A stretch of 64,000 nt of DNA from Octopus vulgaris (GCA_951406725.2 OX597814.1:60326001-60390000), one strand, 5' to 3'; positions 40,247 to 55,591 are shown, counted from the stretch's first letter. Numbers and translations are program-made. Notes: generated from the letters alone by a model not told the origin.

Positions 40247-40492
40247 AATAAGAGGAAATATAGAGATAGAATGAAAATACTTGTAGATTTCAGTGGTCCA
40301 ATGGATCAAAACAGTTTGATTCAAATTCGTTGGTAAGTTGAAAGCACAGGTTAAACTACTCATATATATAATTTTTTATTTACTGAAGTCAGGGAGCTGC
40401 GCTTGTGCGGTAGATTTGAAAAATTAGAATGTATAAGCACGGGGCATATACTGGATTGCCTCGTGTATATATATATATTTAATCTAAGGTGT

Positions 40493-40571
40493 AACTGCTG
40501 AAGAAGGCTTCGCTTAGCAAATTATTTTATCTGCTAAAACAAAAATGTCTGAAACCATTGGTCCAGGAGTT
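40493..40571 (+). ncRNA. Type I hammerhead ribozyme
   Basis: cug CUGAAGA aggc..uuagca/ugcuaa..gucu GAAA ccauugg UC cag; predicted cleavage after C40563. Confidence 0.7.
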
Positions 40572-40696
40572 AGATGGTAAATGTCTATATTTTTCATTCC
40601 TTTCGATTTTTATCTCTAATAGTGGTTCGGAATTTAACTGTCCTCTCTAGTGTGTAGGTATTCCTGCCTCTTATATGTTTAAATGTACATTGTATT

Positions 40697-40807
<111 letters not shown>

Positions 40808-41535
40808 CAGCAGCAATGAAATTCGTGAAAGAAGGAGATTTATGACTAAAAGAAATTGATTATTAAATACCAAAAATTAAAAAGCGAGATGTTGTATAGT
40901 GAAACTGAACACACCCATCCAGGTAAAAAGTGGTATTAGCCAGCTATCATAAATTGACCAGTAACCGGTCGACATTGAAAGGGTCAAAGAACATCGGGAG
41001 AACGTGTAGACTGCGTTGATAGTCGTGTATGTGCTGATATAGTAGTTATACTGGGATACTGAGTGGACGTTATAATGATCCAACCTTTTGAGGATAATAA
41101 CAGTTACGACTAGAGATCGTACAGTACCAGATAGAAACATCCTTTCGACGACTTCCGAAGATAACAATATCTGTGAGAGCGACAACCGCCGTCAAAAGAA
41201 AGATACATCAGTGATAAAAGACTGCTTTACAACTATATATATATATATATTAAATTAGAAATAAAACCACTATTAGGCAAATCAAACAGTGAAAAACATA
41301 AACCAAAACATAGAAATAAAATTAATTAATATAATATACAAAATATATAAAATATAAAATTTAAATTATTTAAATTTAAAGTTAAAATTTTAAAAAATGT
41401 TTAAATCATTAATTTATACTTACTTATAAATTTTTATATATATATATTATCTTTATTTTTATTTTTATTTTTTTTCATTAATATATATATAACTATCAAA
41501 AGTATTAAAAAGTTTAATATAAGATAAAAAGTATA

Positions 41536-41584
<49 letters not shown>

Positions 41585-41587
<3 letters not shown>

Positions 41588-42461
41588 GGTGCAGTGAATT
41601 TTATTGTCGTCATCTGAATAACTCAAAAATGAAAATAACATTGACATCTCATTTTAACATATATTTACCAAAATTACATAACAATATCTTCAAATACTAA
41701 AGAGTTAATTAATTCAAAAACAATAGCTATTAGCTTCAACCATGACCTCCAGACGACTTCGGAATCTCCTGCAGTCTCCTCGTTTAAGTTGGCGAATGCT
41801 GCTATAACCCTTGCCTTCACTTCATCTTTGGTCTTAAAAGGAGTTTTGTTGGTCGCTCACTCAACTGCGCCCCACACATAATAATCAAGAGGGTTGCAGT
41901 CTGGGAAGTTAGGTGACCAGATGTTAGCGGTGATGTAGTCGCAGAAATTATCAGACAGCCATGACTGGGTTCTCCTGCTTGTGTAGCATGGTGCAGGGTC
42001 CTGTTGTCTGACATAGGGTATCCCATTAGTCACCCTCTTCATCCAGTGCAGGACTACCTCCTTCAAGCACTTGATGTAAGCCTCCCTGTTGAGCGTGTGG
42101 GAAGATGAATGGAGACATAACGACGCTATCACTAGTGATCACTCCAAACACAATGATGTTGACCGGATGTTTGGTTTTTGTCACTCTCGGTACATGTCCT
42201 CAGTTTACACTGTCCACAGTTTACACTGTCCTCAGGTTGACACCCAAAAGCTCAGAAATGTTCGTATTGGAGCTTCCGGGACAAATCCCAAGCAGTACAG
42301 CATGTCATTTCCAAAAGTGAATTGCGTCATAGTACTGTTTTTCTCAAAGATGGTGTCCAACAGACCTTCCTTTACTGTGTAGTTGACAAGATCAAAAACA
42401 AATAATGCGCATGCGCAAAATTAAGAATTTTCTAAGGCGAAAATTTACCCATCACACCTTG
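41585..42461 (-). mobile_element. Tc1/mariner superfamily (maT/DD37D-like) deletion derivative
   Basis: QQDPAPCYTSRRTQSWL..WSPNFPDCNPLDYYVWGAVE; begins ta-cagggtg next to (TA)n. Confidence 0.85.
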
Positions 42462-43377
42462 CATGTGTGTACACACACACTTACCGAGTTTGCCAAAAGT
42501 CACCCGACAGTAAATCAAAATTCCATAAATACTATCTGTAATTCTGTATTGACTCGAATGGAAAATGTGTCGCTCATGAAGGACTTCATTTTGAACAATT
42601 TTTATGATGCTTCATATTTAGATGCTTTTATTAAATTCATTCAGTTGTTAATATTGGAATTAAATGGTTACTTTTGGCCACTCCTGTATATCAGCATTTT
42701 CCATTTTGTGTGCGCTTTCCTAACTTATGAAGGTAATCTGTGATTTGAAGGAAAATCTCAATGATGTTTGTTGCAGGTCGAGCGTTCTAGTCATGATAAA
42801 CTCATTGTTTTGTACAATAGGAACTATATTGTTAAATGTATTCATTTAAGATTGTGAAGTGTGATTTGTGATAGATTTTGCTGTTATTGGGAGCAAGTCG
42901 AACTTACTGTTTCAGCTGATGATTGAACTAAGGCAAGGAAAGGTAGGCGTTTGTTCGTTACCAGTTACGTAGTTGCTGTTTAGGGCGGTGTAAGTTGGGA
43001 CTCAATGATAAAGGAGAGCTTTTTTGGTTACTTATATGCATATTGACACATAAAAATCATTGTAAGATGCTTTATAAATTTTATTTAGTTGAAATAATTC
43101 ATTCCATTTTTATATCAATCTATTCGATTGCTCCTGTATACCGTTATTCCATTATACGTATATTCTGATATACACGTTTAGTCCATTATGCTTTTATTCG
43201 ATTATAGCCTTAATCTAGTATACCTTTTTTCTCTCTGTTTCACATTTATCCTATCGTGAGAAACGTTTTCAAAAATACCATTTACCAGATTATTATTTTA
43301 TTCTTTTTTGGCTTTTAGAGTATTTTTGTTTTTTTCTTTTGTTATTTTATTGTTGTTGTTGTTGTTGTTGTGTGTGT

Positions 43378-43418
<41 letters not shown>

Positions 43419-44288
43419 TGTGTGTATTTTCAAACCAGATAAAAACGTTCCAATGACTCAATGAAGAGGAAAAAGGCCTCAGGAACAAGATCACAGAAAT
43501 TCGTGATATTTTACTATTAATGGTTGGGAATAATTTATTTTCGTTTCATTTGTTTGTGTATCTGTGCGTCTACCTGATTGTTTTATGTTTATGTATGCAA
43601 CATTTATATTTTATATATATATAATTCCTCTATAAACATTCGTATAAATATCCTTACCATACAATAAGCAAATCTAGATACTTTCAATGTTTTCTGTTAT
43701 TTCGGTTATATGCATATCCTTTTTTTTTATTTATATTTGAGAGTATATCATGTTCAAGCATGAATTCCCTGTTTATGAATAATTTCACCTTAAAATATGA
43801 ACCATACCTTTTTTTTATAATAGCAGCTTTTACGAAGGCATCTTTTTTTTTTTACTTATTTTGTGTAGTTTGCATTTCCCTGTATAGGTATTATTATATT
43901 GCTTCTATACTTTCAAAGAACTAGGAGCCCTGGTTGTTAAAAGTACTGCCATTTACATTTTTTAGTATTCGACTCCCAAATGAGTCATACACGAATCCAT
44001 ATTATACCTCTTCTAATTGTGATGGAAGACGGAATCTCTGGCATATCGAACAAAATGTCTTGCTGTTTATGTTCTCAGTTCAAATCCCACCGACTGCCGC
44101 TGTCACCAACATATATTTTTTTGAGCCAAAGTTGAAAATCAATATTAACACTTTTGTATGAGGTAGAACATCGGATAAGATGCTTTTCAGTTTTTAACTA
44201 TTTCTCTTTCCGTTTTCTGTTCAAATTCCACTATGGTGTGCTTCACCTTTCACTTATGAAATTTGATTGTCTTGCGCCTACATTATTA

Positions 44289-44671
44289 CTAGCAGTATCG
44301 CCAGGCGTTGCTCGGATTTGTTTCGACCCTTTAGAATTGGAATTTTTGAAAAGTAAAACTTTTGCATTATGTAGCTTGTTATTCTCTTTAAGTGAACATT
44401 TTTCTGGTTGAAATACACCGAAAAATGGCGACACAACAGTCAAAAAATCGTAAAAAATAGGGATTTTCATAGAAAAAAAAAAGCACCTTTCTGATGTAAA
44501 TAATTTTTGGTCTTAACATGAATTTTATCTTCTACGGAAGGAAGAGCAAGCCTTCTTCTACCATACTCTCAATTTTGGTCAACTTGCGCTGCAGGGTCTC
44601 GGAGGAGATAGTGTTAGTTGAAGGCTACCAAACCTACCACACACAGACAACATCAGCTTTATATATATAGA
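44289..44671 (-). mobile_element. Non-autonomous Helitron
   Basis: The minus strand reads A|TCTATATATATAAA ... ccgagcaacgcctgg hairpin ... CTAG|T, with the same termini style as 785-2074. Confidence 0.85.
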
Positions 44672-44708
44672 TTTGCCCAGAAAAAAAAATTACTCCACCT
44701 CTCTCTCT

Positions 44709-44752
<44 letters not shown>

Positions 44753-45091
44753 TCTCTCAAAGGATAAATGTTAGATTCGTCTCCTTTCACAACTGAATTT
44801 ACTAAACTGTTTTATGACCTTTTTTTGTTTAATTATTGATTGAAAAGTGAAGACATCTTTCGTTATTATCATCATCTATTGTTATTTTTACGCATTTTAT
44901 ATTTCCATTTTTTTCTTTCCTCCTTACAAACACTATGTGTTGGGGCAAATATTTCTTCTGATTACGTAAGATAATTGTGGTAGAGAGCGCATTAAACGTG
45001 GCTTTACATTGTCTGAACTTTAGGGCGATTTTGTTTTCTTTCGCTTTGAAATTGATTATGTCTATTTCTGTTGCATTCTATATATTGATGA

Positions 45092-45302
45092 GGCGGCGAG
45101 CTGGCAGAATTGTTAGCACGCTGGACGAAATGCTTAGCAGTATTTCACCCGTCGCTACGTTCTGAGTTTAAATTCTTCCAAGGTTGGCTTTGCCTTTCAT
45201 TCTTTCGAGGTCGATAAATTAAGCACCAGTTGAGTACTGGGGTTGATGAAATCGACTATCCCCTCCCACCAAATTTCAGGCATTGTGCCTATATTAGAAA
45301 GG
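45092..45302 (+). mobile_element. SINE family B, full length
   Basis: TSD attctatatattga on both sides. Confidence 0.9.
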
Positions 45303-46151
45303 ATTCTATATATTGAAGATGTAGTTTTCTTTGTTGTTGCCGATGTTGCCTAGCACTAGGGCAGCGCTTATCAAAACGAAACAATCCCGTCCTTCTAGGA
45401 AGGGTGTAATTAGTTTACATTTTTTTTATTAAGACGGTATGGTGAGATTTGAAAAGCATTTGACTGCTCTATCAAGCAGATCAAAAGACCACGCAGGAGC
45501 TAGTTTGTTTTGATTATTAGCATGAGTGCCAGATTATTTGCATCTGAATATTATCGACCTTGTGTTTATATAATCTTCTCTTTTTGTGTGTCTTTGTAAT
45601 TATAGAGGCTACAGAACGTCTCGCATTACGTATGGAATGCGTTCTTGAAAATTGGCGTAACTCAAAATCTCGTAACGCAAAGTTAATTTTCCCAATTATT
45701 TCCGTTAGAAATGATAACTCATTCCAACAAATCTTTTTTTTTTCTTTTCTTTTCTAAAAGCAACAACAACAAAAACAAGCAACATGGCCACTTTTATTCG
45801 TGAAAATAGTAATTCTAAACGTACAAAGTACAATATGTATACATAAAAAATATTTGAAAATAAATACGTTATGAAATAATTAATAATCGTAACATCGTAA
45901 AACATGGTACATTTTTTTTACCGTAAAGTATGTTGACTACTACATGAAAGAAGGCGGCGGAGGGAATGAGAGTAACTAGGAGGATGAGGGATACTACCTT
46001 CTGTCTTATAATTTATCATAATCAACACCAGCTTTTCGGACAACTTACGCAAAATTGTTCGATGTTTATGATGCATCATTACTTTGTACTGCTCGGTGTA
46101 GGAATTGAGCACATTGTAAACTACTCTAAATCATTATTATTATCATCATTA

Positions 46152-46357
46152 GAGCTGGCAGATTCGTTAGCATGCTGGATGAAATGCTTAGCGGTATTTT
46201 ACCTGTCGCTATGTTCTGAGTTCAAATTCCACCGAGGTCAACTTTGCTTCCATCCTTTCAGAGTCGATAAAATAAGCACCTGTCAAGTAGTGGGGCCAAC
46301 ATTATCGACTAACCCCTTCTTTCAAAAGCTGCTGGTTTTGTTCCAAAATTTAAAACC
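46152..46357 (+). mobile_element. SINE family B
   Basis: gagctggcagattcgttagc..gagttcaaattccaccgagg..ccaaaatttaaaacc. Confidence 0.85.
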
Positions 46358-46399
46358 ATTATAAACAACCATAGTCAATTTTATGTTATGTTTAGGGTT

Positions 46400-46890
46400 G
46401 TTATCAGCAGAAAGTTCCAGACCTTCCTCTATATGTGCCAGCCCTTTGGCACTATGCTTTGCAGTCAATTTAAGTAGAACTGGTGGAGTTTCAGTATTCC
46501 CGTTTGTATTCTACGCTTGATATCCTCTTAATAGCGTCAACTCCTCCTTAAAAAATACTATCTCAGTGAGACAATCACATCATTTTCTATGACTCCTTCA
46601 AACCCTACATCATTTGCAAGCGTCACAATATCTTTCCAAATTTGATGTAGACTTTCTGCTTGAAGAAAACTTGTAAAGGCACATATACAATGTGGCCATA
46701 TATTTTTACCAAACGCCATTCAGTGTTGAAGGTTTCACTTCATTCCATGACTCAGCTATTCACAACATCCATAATGTTGAACTTCTTCCAGAAGTCTCTA
46801 ACTGTAGATTTATTCTCCCTGTCAGTTGCTTTCGAAAGTTATTTGAAAGTTCTTCTCACATAATTATATATACTTTGATCCATTTGAACA
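46400..46890 (-). pseudogene. Tigger/pogo transposase C-terminal relic
   Basis: QMDQ..YVRRTFK..TVRDFWKKFNIMD..AESWNEVKPSTLNGVW..IWP. Confidence 0.85.
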
Positions 46891-48159
46891 AATAAGCTGT
46901 GCGCCAGGAGATATATTCTGCTCTCATATCAGAAAGGTCACTTAAATTCACCGAGTGGCGTGGTGCATAATCTAAAATGATTAATGTTTGTTGGAAATAT
47001 TATGTCTGTCATTATACCTTTCTACAGAAGGGCAAATGATGTTTCTAAACCATTCTACGAAAAGGCTCTTAGTCATCAACGTCTTCTTATTTGAAAGCCA
47101 AATAAGCGGCAAATTAAATATTGTATAACCTTAGATTTTCGGAGCGATATACGAGTAATCTTAAGGGATTGTATACCTGAAAAATAAAAAAAAAACGGCC
47201 TAATAACGAATGGGCTGCTTTTGATTATAAACATATTTGATCACGACTGATCTGGAGCTAAATAAAATCACATAGAATTGTAACATCACTTTAGATGCCC
47301 TTTCCTTTGAATTTGGAATTCTAGTTAGTATTCTAGAAATACTAAGCCCCTTTCATTCTTTCTCATCTTTTCAGATTATCGTAGTCCATCACATTGCCTT
47401 TTCTTTTAACGTTCACGAAACTTCGCAATGTATTATCACTTCTCGTACACTCGGTAATTAAGCAAATCTTCACAGAAACTGCACTCTATTAAAACAACGC
47501 CCTCCACAAGAGTGGCTATGAAAACCAAAATCAAAAATATAGAACCCACTGCTAGAGCACAAGCATGCAACTAGCACAACGACTAAAGAAATATTGCATG
47601 TTCCACACCGCCATACAGCATTGATATCGCTATTCCATGGGAGTAGAGTCTCCTTGACACTACTTAAAAAACAGTTTCCTCCAAATCACGAACATTTCAA
47701 CATTTTCAACACTACAGTATATGCATAAGTATTATCCATGCATGCATTATAGATATATGTGTGTGTGTACATTATATATATGCGTGTGTATATACACACA
47801 TGCATATACATATTCATACACTACACACACACACACACATACATACACACACATACACACACAGACACATATATATGTGTGTGTGTGACTCTCTCTCTCT
47901 CTCTCTCTCACTCTTCCTCCCTAACTCTCTCGTCACTGACACGTGACGAAAAAGTCTATCTTTCTGTCCAAATCCTTCCTAAAGACAACACGTGCTTATA
48001 CTTGTCTCCTCTCATAAGCTCGTCTTCCTAGCGGTCATAATAATTTTTCTATTGTGTTGCTTAACAGCCCTCACCGTTTGTTTTTACTGTCTTGTTCTCA
48101 CTGTCCTGTTCTTCTTACCACTTTCACCCTCCGCAAAATATCCCCAAATTTTATTTAAT

Positions 48160-48400
48160 TTGCTTTGCAGGAAGGATTGTTTCAACGAAGTCGCATATTG
48201 TCCTTGCCTTCAGAACGCGGAATAGATGAAACAAGGGCAACTGATGAAAGGGAATGTTCTTTATGTTGATTATCTCGTTTCTCTGGATTTTTTTCGTTGT
48301 TCGAAAAAAATTTCTTTTCTATGTTTTTGTTTTTATGTTTTCGTTTCTCCTTATGTTCAAGGTTTTTTTATGTCCTATACCCATATATGCATGTATATAT
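48160..48400 (+). mobile_element. Repeat family F (pLTR-like; copies at 59300-59500 and reverse complement of 34410-34530)
   Basis: Shared catattgtc..caactgatgaaagg..gttctttatgtt..ttttcgt..tcctatacccatatatgca. Confidence 0.65.
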
Positions 48401-48487
48401 ACATATATACATATGAAGGTATGTACATATATGTATGTATATATGCATATATTTATATGTTATGTATATATGTGTATATATATATAA

Positions 48488-48523
<36 letters not shown>

Positions 48524-48698
48524 TTCATCAAAATTTAGATTCAGATTAATATGGTACTTAAGTCAAAGGCACCAGAATTTTGTATGGTATCATCCATATA
48601 AATTAAATGGGGTAATTATAATCAAAATAAGCAACAAGTAAATCCAAGGTAGAGTAGTACAATTGTTTCATGATACTTCAGTTTATTAAACATTGTAA

Positions 48699-48829
<131 letters not shown>

Positions 48830-49164
48830 TGAGGGAATGTTATTCCAAACTTACAGGGAATAATTCAATTTAGAAGTACTAAATCAAATCAAATATCACA
48901 AAATATAACATATATATCTATAGATTTTAAAAAAAAACCCACCTTTTATTAATTCAATAGTGAAAAATTGAATTATACCATTTAGAAAAATGACATATTA
49001 TAGAAAGATTAAATATAAGATAAAACATATAATGATGATTAAGTAATGTGCAAAATAATAAATAAAACGTATATATTTGGTAGAATAACGACACGTGTTT
49101 CGTGGCTGTATTTAAGAAATGATAATAGTAAAAATAATATATGTGTATATATATATACGAACAC

Positions 49165-50630
49165 AACGCCACCCTTTGAAAACTCACTCGGATAAAGAAT
49201 ACAGGCCAGAAAGAATTGGTCATATCAATGAACTACCAACGAAAACTCATAGACACACGCGACATAATAATTCAACTGCTTGTTCCAATCCTGTACAACT
49301 CACTCGATGAAATAAGCCTAACGACAGATATAGTAATCAGGAGGTTCTCTGGTTCAACCCGATTTTTGGTTTGCATGTTTCAACCAAGGTTGCTGGAAAT
49401 GTTTTTGCTGCTTTGGACAAGTGTTTTCCTAAATTTAATCGGCATCATGACATTTTAATCGACACACCTTGATGGTATCCTACGCTAACTCTGCTAATTT
49501 ACTACAGCTTATGCATCGCATAAACAGTAGCAAAATGTGGCAAAGTTCGATAACCCACCTACTGGATCAAGCGAACATTTGCATCTAAATGTAAACTGCA
49601 TTGATAAACACCAACTACGACCAATTTATAGGAGTAGAAATAATACAGCTACCACAGTAACAACGCCGGTAATTAGAGTCGGGACTGCCTTATATACAAA
49701 TAAATACGATAAATGCTCATGCTGAGAAAAATCAAAACGTCCTTTCATGAATCTGAGTATGAGTACAAATCGTGTATATAAATGTACTGTGCATACAAAG
49801 GGAGGGCTCTATGTTTACATTGGGGAGACGGCTGATTCATTTAAGAATCGATATCGTAACCATGTTGCCAGCTTTATGACAATCAATAAGAGACATTCAA
49901 CATCGGCCGATTTTGTATGGCGACTTAAAGGGCATAAAACGAAGTACAGCATTAATTTGGTCCATACTAAGGTATGCGAAACCATACAATATAATTTCCA
50001 GATGCTGTCTCTGCTCCGAGGAACCCCTGTCTATTCTGTGAACTAATGAGAAGATAATTAATAGAATTTCTAAACTTCTCTCGAGATGCCTACACGCATA
50101 TAAATGTATTTTCGCACAATGCAGTGAGAATTAATTTTGAGTAACCGTTAACTTAATTTACTTTAAGCTATGAATGACTTAAGTTTACTTTTAACTTCCA
50201 CATTCTTATAACTAACTCACTTTGTGATTATGAGTGCACCAAACCTCACGTGAGCGTATGTTCACATTCTTGCGGATGCTTGTATGAGCGAGTTTACTCG
50301 CGATATGCAGCTTCCCTGAGGGCGTTTATACATCCATATCTGTTAACGGTTATTTTTAATACTTTTCTCGCTGGATTACGTGTTCGTTTCTCTTTTTGCT
50401 ATCTGTAATTTTATTTTCGATCTTCTGTATAAATGAAGATATTTCCTCCGTCTGGCTGCTTTTCTCTTTACGAAACGGAAAGTTACATTTTAACGAGTTG
50501 TGTTTATTTATCCTGAATCAGTTGTTGAGTGTCCCACCTAATAGGAATCGATGCTAGATGTGTCGAAACAATTGTTTTGACTAATATAAATTCTCGTATA
50601 TTCCATCTTCTGTCTCTCATTTGCTATATA
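49165..50630 (+). mobile_element. Penelope-like element 3' part: GIY-YIG endonuclease relic and pLTR
   Basis: WFNP; VYKCTVHTKGGLYVYIGETADSFKNRYRNHVASF; C.LC.EE tail. A degenerate hammerhead lies at 50518-50580 (ucag UUGUUGA..GAAA caauug UU uuga). Confidence 0.85.
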
Positions 50631-50802
50631 TATATATATACATGTGTGTATATGCGTGTATGTGTGTGTATACGCATGTCTTTTTATTGATCATTATAGC
50701 AAGATGCACTGTCTGTAAGCTCTACAATCATGCCCATTATCTCAGTACGTAACTTTACAGTTATAACAATCCAGAATGTATATATATATATATGTCTGTC
50801 TG

Positions 50803-50884
<82 letters not shown>

Positions 50885-51736
50885 TATATATATGTTCATG
50901 AATATATGTGCATGTATATATATAAGCATATATGTGTGTGTATATATATATATATATATGTATATAGATATGTATATCCATATGTGTATGTATGTATATA
51001 TATGTATATATATATGCGTGTGTGTGTGTGTATATATATGTATGTATTTGTGTATGTATGTATATGTGTATGTATATATGTATGTGCGTATGTATGTATG
51101 TGTGCACATATGTGTGTATATATGCGTATATGTGTGTTTTTAGATATATTTTTATACGAATACCTAGGTTTATATTTTTTAGTTTATTATTATTTTTAGA
51201 TATTTATTTTTTCTCTATCAAAATTTTAAACTTTTTTCATTGCACGCTACCCATAACTGTTAATACGCTAAATTGAGTTTTAAATATAGCTATCATATCC
51301 CGCTAGACACTTACTATTATTATTTTATTCTCTTTGTATTCAAATGTATATGCGTGTAGGTGTACATAGTTTTTATGTAAGAGAACGTACATTTATGTAT
51401 GTTAGATACGTGTGTTGATCTTTTGTTTATACTTTTTTTGTGCATACACATATCTATACATATACTATATATATATATTACATGATGGAGAGAGGAAGCG
51501 TACTACTGCAAGGGGTACAAAAACCTAGTCGAAATTCTCTGGTGGCATCAATTCTACTCGACATCAATTGAAGGAGAAGTACTCTCGGAAGCTGTCGAAA
51601 TCATTATCCCATTCATCAAGCAAATGATGAATGGGGTATCCAGTTGTGCAAACTGTATATGAAATATTTGGATACTTTGGCTTGTCCTTCAAATTTTTGT
51701 CATATTTTTGTATTTATGTGGCCTTGAAATGAATAA

Positions 51737-51737
<1 letters not shown>

Positions 51738-51818
<81 letters not shown>
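51738..51818. repeat. (ATT)n
   Basis: Seen directly. Confidence 0.95.
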
Positions 51819-51821
<3 letters not shown>

Positions 51822-52168
51822 GTTTGACTTTTGCTTTATATTTGTACAAGTTGGCTCCAAGTCTCACGCAGAGACCTCAAGAGACAACAGGTTGGAAGTT
51901 CGTGTTGTTGTTATGCCTAGTGTAACATATATTTGGTTTTGTATTTAGTGTTGTACTAGTGAATGTCTAAAATAAAAACGAAAATTATGTTTGTTTTAAA
52001 ACTTTAGATTACATAGAAAGTATTTTGCGTAGGATATGAGCAGTTCCCATGAGCACTATCTTTTGAATTTCTGCCATTTTGAGGTTTCCTGGTATCTGAG
52101 TTAGGTAGCGATCAGCCCCTTTTGCTATGATTCCCAGGGCACCTATGACAACAGGTATTGTTTTAGTC
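51819..52168 (-). mobile_element. R4/Dong-like LINE 3' end in (TAA)n
   Basis: TKTIPVVIGALGIIAKGADRYLTQIPGNLKMAEIQKIVLMGTAHILRKILSM*, then a UTR and (TAA)n; (TAA)n on both sides. Confidence 0.9.
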
Positions 52169-52171
52169 AAC

Positions 52172-52226
<55 letters not shown>

Positions 52227-52782
52227 GAGTGAGTGAGCAGTGCATGCCATCAAAGGGACACTGGGGTAAAATACACGAATCCCAGTATACCCATCATGAC
52301 TATCCGTCTGATAAGGGTACACCAGGCACATGCATCACAACCATATGTGCGCGACATGGTGATCTCATATCAAGATAAACAGCACATGACCTTGTAGGTG
52401 CGGCTTAATTAGAATGTTCTTCTAGTCGAGTATCCCATACCGCTCAAAAGGTCTCTGAAAAAGGATTGTTTAAAGATGTTGAACGAACCACCTATGTTTC
52501 CAAAGGTGAATTATCTAAACCTCCAAGAATTCCCTTAAACACACGGCTATGATCCTCCCTCACTACTTCTGCTCGTGGTCAGAGATGCATATATCGTCAG
52601 CCACTAAGGGACATGGTCAACTGGTTACGGTCAAACAACTGACAAGCAAATCTGTAGTATTGAGCAGAATATTTGCTGTAGCCCATCTTTTATGCCAAGA
52701 CAAAACAATGTACTTGATAACACTTCCAATCAATTGAGATCAGAAGCCATGAAAGCCACTGTCTGGTACTGCATCAGGGCAT
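52227..52782. mobile_element. Non-coding repeat family D, copy 1, embedded in (ATT)n
   Basis: ~550 bp, colinear with 52865-53405. Confidence 0.85.
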
Positions 52783-52794
52783 TAATTATTATTA

Positions 52795-52864
<70 letters not shown>

Positions 52865-52865
<1 letters not shown>

Positions 52866-53405
52866 GCAATGCATACCATCAAAGTGACACTGGGATACAA
52901 ATAAACGAAGCTCAAAATACCCATCATGACTACCCCGTCTGATACGGGTACACCAGGTATGTGCATCACAACCATATGTGAGCGACATGGTAATCTAATA
53001 TCAAGATAAACAGCGCAAGACCTTGCTGGTGGAACCCAGTTAGGATTTTTTCGGGTTAAGTAGCCCAACCCGCCTAAAACGTCCTTGAATGAGAGTTGTT
53101 TAAGGATGATGAATGAAACACACATGTTTCCAGAGGTGAATTATTCAAACCCCAAAGAATTCCTCTCAACACACGGCTATGATGCTCTTCCACTACTTCT
53201 GCTCGTAATCAGAGATGCACATATTGTCAACCACTAAGTGACATACTCAACTGTTAAGGTCAATCAACTGACAAGCAAAACTGTGATATTGAGCAGAATA
53301 TTTACTGTAGCCCATCTTTTATACAAAGATAAAAAAATATACATGATAGTACTTCTAATCAGTTAAGATCAGAAGCCATGAGAGCCAGTGCCTGGTATTG
53401 CATCA
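52865..53405. mobile_element. Non-coding repeat family D, copy 2
   Basis: gca.tgcat.ccatcaaag.gacactggg...gatcagaagccatga.agcca.tg.ctggta.tgcatca in both copies. Confidence 0.85.
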
Positions 53406-53408
53406 TTG

Positions 53409-53528
<120 letters not shown>

Positions 53529-54752
53529 CAGCAGTAGCAGCAGCATCGTCGTCGTCGTCATCATCATTATCATCATCTTTTCGCTGGAATTTTAACATGC
53601 ATCACATGAAGAAGTGCAAATTCGAAAGCTATTCTTATCTAGCAAGAACAACTACATATTATCTCTCCTCTACATAACAATTATGTACATGCATATATGT
53701 ATAAATATATGTGTGTGTTTTTGTATGTTTGTGTGAGTGTGTGTGTGTAAATGTATGTATACACACACACACACAAATATATATATACCTGCATCAAAGT
53801 AAAAGCAACTCCAAACGTTACTACGTACCTCATTTGAATGCAGTATATGTAAAGACCTGTGATTACAGGCTGTTAAATCACTTTGTCAACGAGACAAGTT
53901 TGCTTCGTTTACTTTTCCTTTACCATTGTTTATATTATTCTCCCAATGGCGCCGTTAGCTGTGTGTTCCTCAACAGCAATAATCTGGTAACATGAGGTAA
54001 AACCAACTAAATAACAACTCCAAGACATTCTAATTCGAAACTAACTTAATGACGAAGCCAAAAGGCTGTCTCCGTCTTATAATTTGCAAACAGTCTACTA
54101 TTATACTTGAAATTCGTAATTTGTTAAATTTTTGTTGGTATTATTTTGTTTAGTTTTCGTTTGTTTTTTATTCCGTTTTTGTTACTTTTTTCAGCTTAGT
54201 CCTTAGTCTAATGGCAAAGAAGAAGCAATAAGAAATTTTAAAAACTGCTTCGCTACCGCTTTTTCACTTTCCCCTTCTTTTTATAAACAACTACAAAACT
54301 AATTTTTTATCTGCTATAACCAAGTTGTACATACATGAATATATACATGCATAAATATAACTTACATATGCATTAGATGCATAGATCAGTTAGACTGATA
54401 GACAGATACATACATACCTACATATACATACCTACATACAGAAAAAGATATACGTCTACATATTTACGTTTAACACAATCACGCTCACATACACAAAAAA
54501 TACACTGGTTCTACGTGTGTGTGTGTGTTTATGTGTTTGTGTGTGTGTGTGTGCGTGCGCGCCTATGTGTGTGTGTGTATGTCTTCTCTTTGTCTGTGTG
54601 TGTGTGTGTGTGTGTTTGTGTGTGTGTGTAAACCCAGAATGAAGATAGAAAACGTGTTATATATGGACCGTCACAGCCTATTTTTTAAATCAGTTTAAAT
54701 TGTTACAAGGATCTTGTTTTTTTTTTCAAATAAACAAACCTGTCATTAGAGT

Positions 54753-54756
<4 letters not shown>

Positions 54757-54850
<94 letters not shown>

Positions 54851-54900
54851 AACAACAATAACAACAACAATAACAACAACAAGAACAACAACAACATCAA
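54757..54900. repeat. (TAA)n-(CAA)n microsatellite
   Basis: Seen directly. Confidence 0.95.
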
Positions 54901-55560
54901 AAGCAACGATGACAAAGGCGACGAGAGCAACAATAGAAAAAGTTGAATAATGCAGTGTATAAAAAGTGTTTAGAAATGTGTACTAAATGAATTTGTAGAA
55001 TAGAAACGAAATGAAATAATTTGTAGCTTCATGCGGTCTTTGATAACTCCGAGAAAGCTTTTGGTATAGCAATTAAGGTCGTAGTTGTCAACAACTTCCA
55101 ACAAACTGAACAGCAATATACTATATATATTTGGGTATTACTTCCCAGCTAAGGAAATGAACACAAGACAAAATACCGGTTTTCTGACACTTGCCTTTAA
55201 ATAATTCATTCTTGCTTGACAAAGATTAGCACACGCCAGCAAATGTACTTTTCGCTGTTAGCATATAAGGACGGCAGTTCTTAATGGGCTATGAAAGATT
55301 GATTCCGTGTCAGTTACTGATGAAATATAACCACGCAGAAGCTCGTTTTTATAAGCCCAATCACGTCATGCATAATCCATCATGGTGATTTTTTACATCT
55401 ATAATCTAAGGACTGAATTTCTTCGCCGAAACAGTTACGACAGTGAGGGGTTTTTTCTAGAATGTGTTAAATATATACCTGCAGAGCATTATTTTAATCA
55501 TTATACTGCTTAGAGTACATTTCATATGCGTGAAAGTATCAATGTGGTATGTATAAATAA

Positions 55561-55591
<31 letters not shown>

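Noticed and set aside
48238-48265. CTGATGAaagg..cttt in family F (also at 59371)
   Set aside because: No GAAA follows the stem.
51482-51737. Segment ending in AATAAA plus (ATT)n, possibly a gene or LINE 3' end
   Set aside because: No recognisable coding motif, so the identity is unsupported.
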